DNA of 64,000 nucleotides from Lophium mytilinum (Eukaryota): NCBI GenBank assembly GCA_010093605.1, contig MU004181.1, positions 744,001 to 808,000 of the forward strand, read 5' to 3'. Shown piece by piece: positions 60,160 to 64,000 of this stretch (position 1 is its first letter; each line of letters starts with the position of its first letter). The notes under the pieces were generated by a model. It saw only the letters and a program-made list of their open reading frames with translations, ran no database searches and was not told where the DNA came from. The position numbers and the translations under genes were made by a program.

Positions 60160-63062
60160 CTACTCATCATCGTCAAAATTGCCCGTAACACGCCGCTCGT
60201 ACTCGAGCGCACCCATGCCTGGTTTCTTTGGCTTTGCTTTCTTCTTCAAATCCTTGAGGCCCTCTCCAGCTTGCTCTGCACGTGTAAGACTGCTATAGAA
60301 GGTCCGCACCCTGTCATGCGCAATCACTTTCTTTGGGTCGAACCTCAGGACCTGCAACCCGGACATCGTCGTCGCACGACTCAGCGCCACGTACGCCTGA
60401 CCCTTCTCGAACACTCTACCCAAGTCGACCTTCACGCGCTCCAGAGTTTGCCCCTGAGCCTTGTGGATACTCAAAGCCCAGGCCAGGATGAGCGGGATCT
60501 GAGCGCGAGATGCCTGCACCTCGCCGTTGGGTAATTCGATCTTCCAGCTCTCGCGTTGGCACAGGAGATCGCGTGTGGTGTTGTCGGCGAGAACAAAACG
60601 AACGACGGGGAAGATTTGAGAGGTGTTTGTGCCCAACAGGTCGGTCTTGGACTTTGACTTAATGTCGGAGGGGGCCGTAGTCGGGTTTATATCGCCGTCT
60701 ACTGCGGCTTGAGCGGCTAGGACTCCCTCCTCATCCTCAGTGTACTTGTCGAACGTTTGCTCACTCATAAAGCCGATGACCTTGCCTAGCGAGCCATTCA
60801 CCAGAGTGTCGTCCAGGTTCTTGATCAACATCACCTGGGCCCCCTTCTTGAGATGTATGAACTCGGGCGCCATACAGTTGGAAAGCAACTTGTCGCGGAA
60901 GGTCTTCTCAGTAATAGTACCACCATCGCGAGCCTCGAATGTCTGCGTAACGCCATGTAGACTCTGCATACGAAGTTGGTTCGCCCGGTCAACTTCCGAG
61001 CGAGTAGGAAATAGTTCGGTTGCATCCAAATCATCGTCGTGTTGCATCTTTCTATCGAGGCCGCGGAAAGCATTGATAGAGTTCTGACTGAGCCGCCCTT
61101 CACGCATCTCGTTGAGCATGTTAGCGAATACAGGGTCCTTCTGACGGAAGACGTGGTGGAGGCCAATGGTGTGCTCGATGGACGTGTTCCACGTCCCAGC
61201 GTCAAATGCAAAGCGTGCGAGCCTGCCAGATTCTGGGACTGGCGGCAGTTGGAAGAAGTCTCCAGTGATGACAAGCTGAATGCCGCCGAATGGACGCCCA
61301 TTGTTCCTCAGCGTCCTCGCGATTTGCTCGAGCTTGTCGAAAAGCTCACCATCCACCATGGAGACCTCATCAACGACGAGGATCTTGGTCCTCATCCATC
61401 GATGCTTGGCCTTTTGATTCTTCTTAATTTTCTTGACGAGTTCTTCTGCCGGTTCCTTGCCCAGGCCGATACCGGCAAAGCTGTGGAGCGTTACACCTCC
61501 GATGTTACATGCAGCCAATCCGGTGGACGCAGTCACGGCTACTCGATCAATCTCTCTGGCATACTTCTTGCGTAGGGCCGAGATGATTTCGCGCAGAAGT
61601 ACGGACTTTCCGGTACCTAGTTCATGTAAGTCGAGTTCAGATTGAAGGTTCTAAGGCACTTACCGGCAGAACCTGTGAAGAAGACACTCTTCTTGTGATC
61701 AATGACCAAACTCATAACATGTTGTTGTTCTTCACTCAAGAAGATCTTAGATATCCTAGTCCGACGCTTTTTGTTTTCTTCTTGCTGACTTTGACTTGCT
61801 TCCATAGTCTTGGTCTTCTTCTTGTTCACTTCCCGCATCTGCTTTTGCTGCTCTTTTACAGCACTAGCCGTTGTGTTCCAAGGATAGCTTTTCGCCTCGT
61901 CTTTGGGCAAGGGAGTGAATTCCCCAAAATTCTGCTCTTCCTTTCGCGGTCGCCCTCGTCCCGGCTTCGCAGCGAGGGCTGCTTTGGCCTCAACGTCAGC
62001 TTGTTCAGCCTGTTGCTTGTCTTCCGCAAGCCATGGCAGAGTACGTCGCTTTGTCCGCGGCTTTTCCTCCTCTTTCACCACTGGCTGCGCTGGTATCCTC
62101 CCTGGTTCAATATAGCCGAATTTGCGGATTTGGGCGACTTTTGGCGGCGTTTTGAAATGTTCCGCTGGAGATGATGACCATGGTAGCGGCAGGCTGCTAT
62201 CTGGAACTTGCGGTGGGGATGACGGGATGGTGGGTAGTTCGGTGACGGGCAAGCGCTGGGGCGCTGGCTTAGTGACCGGATCTTTGGGTAGCGGATTGTG
62301 AAAGGCTCCTGGCATTCGTCCTAACATCTGGGTCCCGTAACCAGAGTCCTGGCTGGTTCGCCTATTATGAGATGCCGCTGCGGCAGGGAGAGCTTTCGAG
62401 TTCTGGAAAGCAGAAATGGTCGTTGAAGCATAGTTTGTCTTAGGTGGATCAGGGACCGTTGGGAGCTTGGGGTAGGTGACTGTGGCCTTCGTAGCAGGGT
62501 TCTCCTCTTCTAGGTCAATCTCGCTATCGAAGTCATCCTCATCGAACTCAAAGCCCAGATCCTCGACTCCCATCTTCTTGGTCGGCGACTCGCGGATATA
62601 CGTCGGATTGTGGTAAGAATTGCGCGGTGGCAACGTCGCGTTCTCGAAGTCGTTATCCTGGGCAATCAGCGCTTTTGCCAGTCCACTCGAATTCCGCTTG
62701 CTCCCAATGGTCGGTGCCACGTTCCGTCCAAAGTCTGGTGCTTGACTCGGCCTCGTAATATTCCCTGTGCTAGTGTGAAGGGGGCGTGTTCCGTTGCGGG
62801 GGATGTATTGTGGCGGGCTCATAGCATTCTGGATCGTTGGCGGGCTCGAAGAGAAGTGTTTGTCTATCTTGGTGATTTTTCGGGGCGGTTGGGAAGGTTT
62901 ATGAGCAGCGACGGCTTGCTTGAACATGGTGGTGGTGGAGTGCCGGCGCGTAAGGAGTGGGGGGTGTGTTGGTGGAGAATTTGGCGTCCAGTGTTGTCGA
63001 GCGGCGGACCTTGTACCAGGCGATCGCAGCCAAGCGGTCAATTTAGTGAATGCGGAGAGCAT
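60160..63062 (-). CDS. PIF1: Pif1-family 5'-3' DNA helicase. Exons 63062-61664, 61616-60160
   Basis: FFTGSAG/TGKS across the intron, [55 protein letters not shown]. Confidence 0.96.
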
Positions 63063-63151
63063 ACAGTATAAAAAGGAAAACACAATGAAACAGAGCAGGT
63101 AAAGGAAAAGCGAGTCGCGCGACGGCATCAAACGATGAAGTGCAGACGGCT

Positions 63152-63175
63152 TCGCGTCTGAGGGGGGAGACGCGA
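63152..63175. promoter_or_regulatory. Inverted pair of MCB-like sites upstream of PIF1
   Basis: TCGCGTCT (63152-63159) and AGACGCGA (63168-63175), with more CGCG cores nearby. Confidence 0.4.
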
Positions 63176-63757
63176 TTGGGACGATCCACTTTCGCCGCCA
63201 AGAAGGTCGTCGCGCTATGCTCGATTCAGTGCGCTATCAACGACGTCTAGCATTCACCAGAATCCAATTTGGAGCAGTAGTCTCTAAACACTAGTTAATT
63301 AACACTGCCTTTAATGCGTGGATCTGTATCTAGATGAGCCTATCTATGCTAAGCGCCCGCGACAATATACACCCCTCCAAAGTGCCAAGTTAACAAGAGT
63401 TTCAGGTTGGGAGGGTTTTGGGCATAGCCACAACTCCGCCCTCCGTGCCTCACAACCACCGCTCAGTCCTTTTGCATAAGTATAGGTTCAACTCTCTTCT
63501 ATAAATCAAATCTCTCGATCATTCAACTTCATGTCCTTTCATCCCAGAGAGTAAAACGAAACTGCGCTGCCTTCATCGCGCATCAGTCTTTCGCTGCTTG
63601 CATCCCATCTTATTTTCGCAAAGAAGTTTTAATAAGCTACAACCATTGAGAACCAGCTGCTCAATCACTCATCACCTGCTGTAAACCAAGCTCGCACACC
63701 TGGAAATATATAGAAAAAGCGTTTATACATACCATCCGTCACGCGGTTGCAGCACAA

Positions 63758-64000
63758 ATGGCCTCACCAGTCGAAGTATCATGGACCACTGTCCTCCTTG
63801 CTCTCCTGCCCGCTGTGATCACCGGCATCACCCGTCCCTCCGGCCGCATTTGCCGCATGTATCCAAGTTCTAGCGTCTATCTCCGCATCTTCCCCGTGCT
63901 TTCTGCCCTGGACGCCCTATCAAGCCTGCTTATAATCTCAAGCTGGGCAGTCTACAAACAGTACCGCTGTAGTCTGCTATTCGCCTTCCGGGGGCGCTTC
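63758..64000 (+). CDS. 5' end of a hypothetical membrane protein, truncated by the window end
   Basis: CACAAATGG start, open frame MASPVEVSWTTVLLALLPAVIT.. with hydrophobic segments; TATATA about 50 bp upstream. Confidence 0.5.
   Translation, partial: MASPVEVSWTTVLLALLPAVITGITRPSGRICRMYPSSSVYLRIFPVLSALDALSSLLIISSWAVYKQYRCSLLFAFRGRF

Noticed and set aside
63063..63131. Hydrophobic ORF-track extension upstream of PIF1
   Set aside because: Translation of a T-rich promoter/leader tract overlapping CGCG sites; more likely upstream of the transcript start.

Overview
Eukaryotic DNA from a filamentous ascomycete (short GT-AG introns with CTRAC/CTAAT branch sites, Zn2Cys6, HET and DHN-melanin genes; Dothideomycetes is my inference). 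A housekeeping backbone (HCS1, NTH1, YBP1, AEP2, LSM3, B-type cyclin, C6 finger protein, transglutaminase-like protein, EDC3, 4HN reductase, SurE, sugar porter, tRNA-Ser(CGA), DUF1749 hydrolase, PIF1) is interleaved with fast-evolving accessory inserts. The most unusual part is a ~7 kb island (26.0-32.9 kb) bracketed by two same-orientation copies of a membrane-protein gene 3' end. It holds a HeLo + pseudokinase (MLKL-like) gene and a two-TM gene, each broken by one in-frame TAG, with a tRNA-like Pol III element between them. Also seen: two non-autonomous TIR transposons with readable target-site duplications, diverged tandem repeats flanking a BTB gene, a disabled HeLo-like/TPR/ankyrin gene, and a recurring C-rich-block then G-rich-block composition pattern that crosses exon, intron and UTR boundaries. 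Gene models and family calls were made by eye from motifs; no searches were run.
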